DNA of 64,000 nucleotides from an uncultured Erysipelotrichaceae bacterium (GTDB lineage Bacteria; Bacillota_I; Bacilli_A; RFN20; CAG-826): NCBI GenBank assembly GCA_947166565.1, contig CAMVEL010000007.1, positions 7,323 to 71,322 of the forward strand, read 5' to 3'. Shown piece by piece: positions 63,187 to 64,000 of this stretch (position 1 is its first letter; each line of letters starts with the position of its first letter). The notes under the pieces were generated by a model. It saw only the letters and a program-made list of their open reading frames with translations, ran no database searches and was not told where the DNA came from. The position numbers and the translations under genes were made by a program.

Positions 63187-64000
63187 ATGAAAAATCCGTC
63201 TAAGAAAAAATCACTTTTGGGTCTGAGTCTTCTTTTATCGACCCTTCTAATTGCTTCATGTGGGCCGACTCCCGTCAACACGTCGGATACGACGAGCGAA
63301 AGCCAAACAAGCACCACCAAAGAGGCCAGCACTCCCTCCGAGTGGTCTAGCGAGAGCGAGACTTCCGTTGAACCCAAGACCTCAACCGAAACGACCGAAC
63401 CTTCTAGTGAATCAAGCCCATCTAGCGAAACCGAATCCTCTCCCATCGAATCTTCGGAAACCTCATCCGAAGAACCTGAATCCTCTTCAACCGAATCCTA
63501 TGAGACCATAGAGACCTCTGAGTCTTATGAAACAGAAGAGACCTCATCTTCCCAAACATCTTCTTCCGCCAATCCAGACGTAAAGGATTGGAACCTCGAT
63601 TTCTCTAAATATGGGACCGCCTTCCTTTCAGATTTGTCCGCTCTTGTTTTGGGGTCTGGAGAAGTCGCTTCCTATAGTAAACATACCACGATTGGACCCA
63701 AGGCCGCGGCTTGGCCAAACGATAATTCGACGACGTTTATCCCTTTCTATCACGAAGCGAAAGCAGGACAAGAGACAACCTATTCTGAATGCAACCGCGA
63801 ACATACCTGGCCAGATTCTCGTGGTGGAGGAATGTTTGATGATGATCCCGTCATGGTAAGGCCAACCCTTAAGGCGGATAACTCCGATAGAGGCAATAAG
63901 TTCTATGGCGTTGGCTCTGGTGAATGGGACCCTTCCTCCTGCGGATATGAAGGGGCAAGAGGAGAATCCGCGAGGATCATCCTCTATTGCGCGGTTGCTT
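63187..64000 (+). CDS. Secreted Endonuclease-I-family (EndA/Vvn-like) nuclease lipoprotein with a long S/T/E-rich linker. The 3' end runs off the window.
   Basis: It begins MKNPSKKKSLLGLSLLLSTLLIASC with a lipobox. A low-complexity acidic linker follows, then the motifs ECNREHTWPDSRGGG and VMVRPTLKADNSDRGNKFYG. There is no stop before position 64000. The ORF track's 63177-63446 (-) and 63251-63511 (+) are artefacts of this gene. Confidence 0.6.
   Translation, partial: MKNPSKKKSLLGLSLLLSTLLIASCGPTPVNTSDTTSESQTSTTKEASTPSEWSSESETSVEPKTSTETTEPSSESSPSSETESSPIESSETSSEEPESSSTESYETIETSESYETEETSSSQTSSSANPDVKDWNLDFSKYGTAFLSDLSALVLGSGEVASYSKHTTIGPKAAAWPNDNSTTFIPFYHEAKAGQETTYSECNREHTWPDSRGGGMFDDDPVMVRPTLKADNSDRGNKFYGVGSGEWDPSSCGYEGARGESARIILYCAVA

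Noticed and set aside
63177-63511. Minus 89-aa and plus 86-aa ORFs at the window end
   Set aside because: They are alternate frames of the Ser/Thr/Glu-rich linker region of the nuclease lipoprotein gene, and they have repetitive low-complexity translations.

Overview
This window is the chromosomal replication-origin region of a low-to-moderate GC (about 45%), standard-code, Bacillota-like (Firmicutes-type) bacterium. Several features suggest a non-sporulating anaerobe: PPDK, an HgdC/HgdB-like radical-enzyme module, and flavodoxin.

Minus strand, left to right:
- a 3'-truncated MacB-type ABC transporter
- tadA
- a small SRP RNA hidden inside the over-extended tadA ORF
- a two-gene activase/dehydratase-like Fe-S module of unknown substrate
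- serS
- a glycosyltransferase
- gyrA, gyrB, recF, yaaA, dnaN, dnaA

oriC, with variant DnaA boxes, lies between dnaA and rpmH.

Plus strand:
- rpmH, rnpA, yidC, jag, mnmE, tatD, rnmV, ksgA, ispE, glmU
- a membrane GGDEF cyclase
- ppdK on the minus strand
- an FGGY kinase
- tetR and a DUF368 protein on the minus strand
- flavodoxin, pth, mfd, rqcP (yabO), tilS, ftsH, dusB
- a family-6 UDG and a MarR regulator
- a heterodimeric ABC exporter pair
- an AT-rich island carrying an HTH hypothetical
- lysS, then rpsF, ssb, rpsR

The right-hand part is mosaic and accessory-like:
- a candidate fluoride riboswitch controlling a CPA1 cation/proton antiporter
- a GC-rich ABC-2 transporter trio (ATPase plus two permeases) on the minus strand
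- a roughly 85-100 bp repeat family with a CCCACGTGGG-core terminator-like hairpin, present at four places and flanking the two transporter cassettes
- AT-rich lipoprotein and small-protein genes
- AlkD-like, DUF1295 and GNAT genes
- a GH43 lipoprotein
- a 3'-truncated secreted Endonuclease-I-family lipoprotein

No tRNA, rRNA, CRISPR or obvious IS/transposase was seen. The ORF track uses ATG, GTG and TTG starts, and several starts are revised below.
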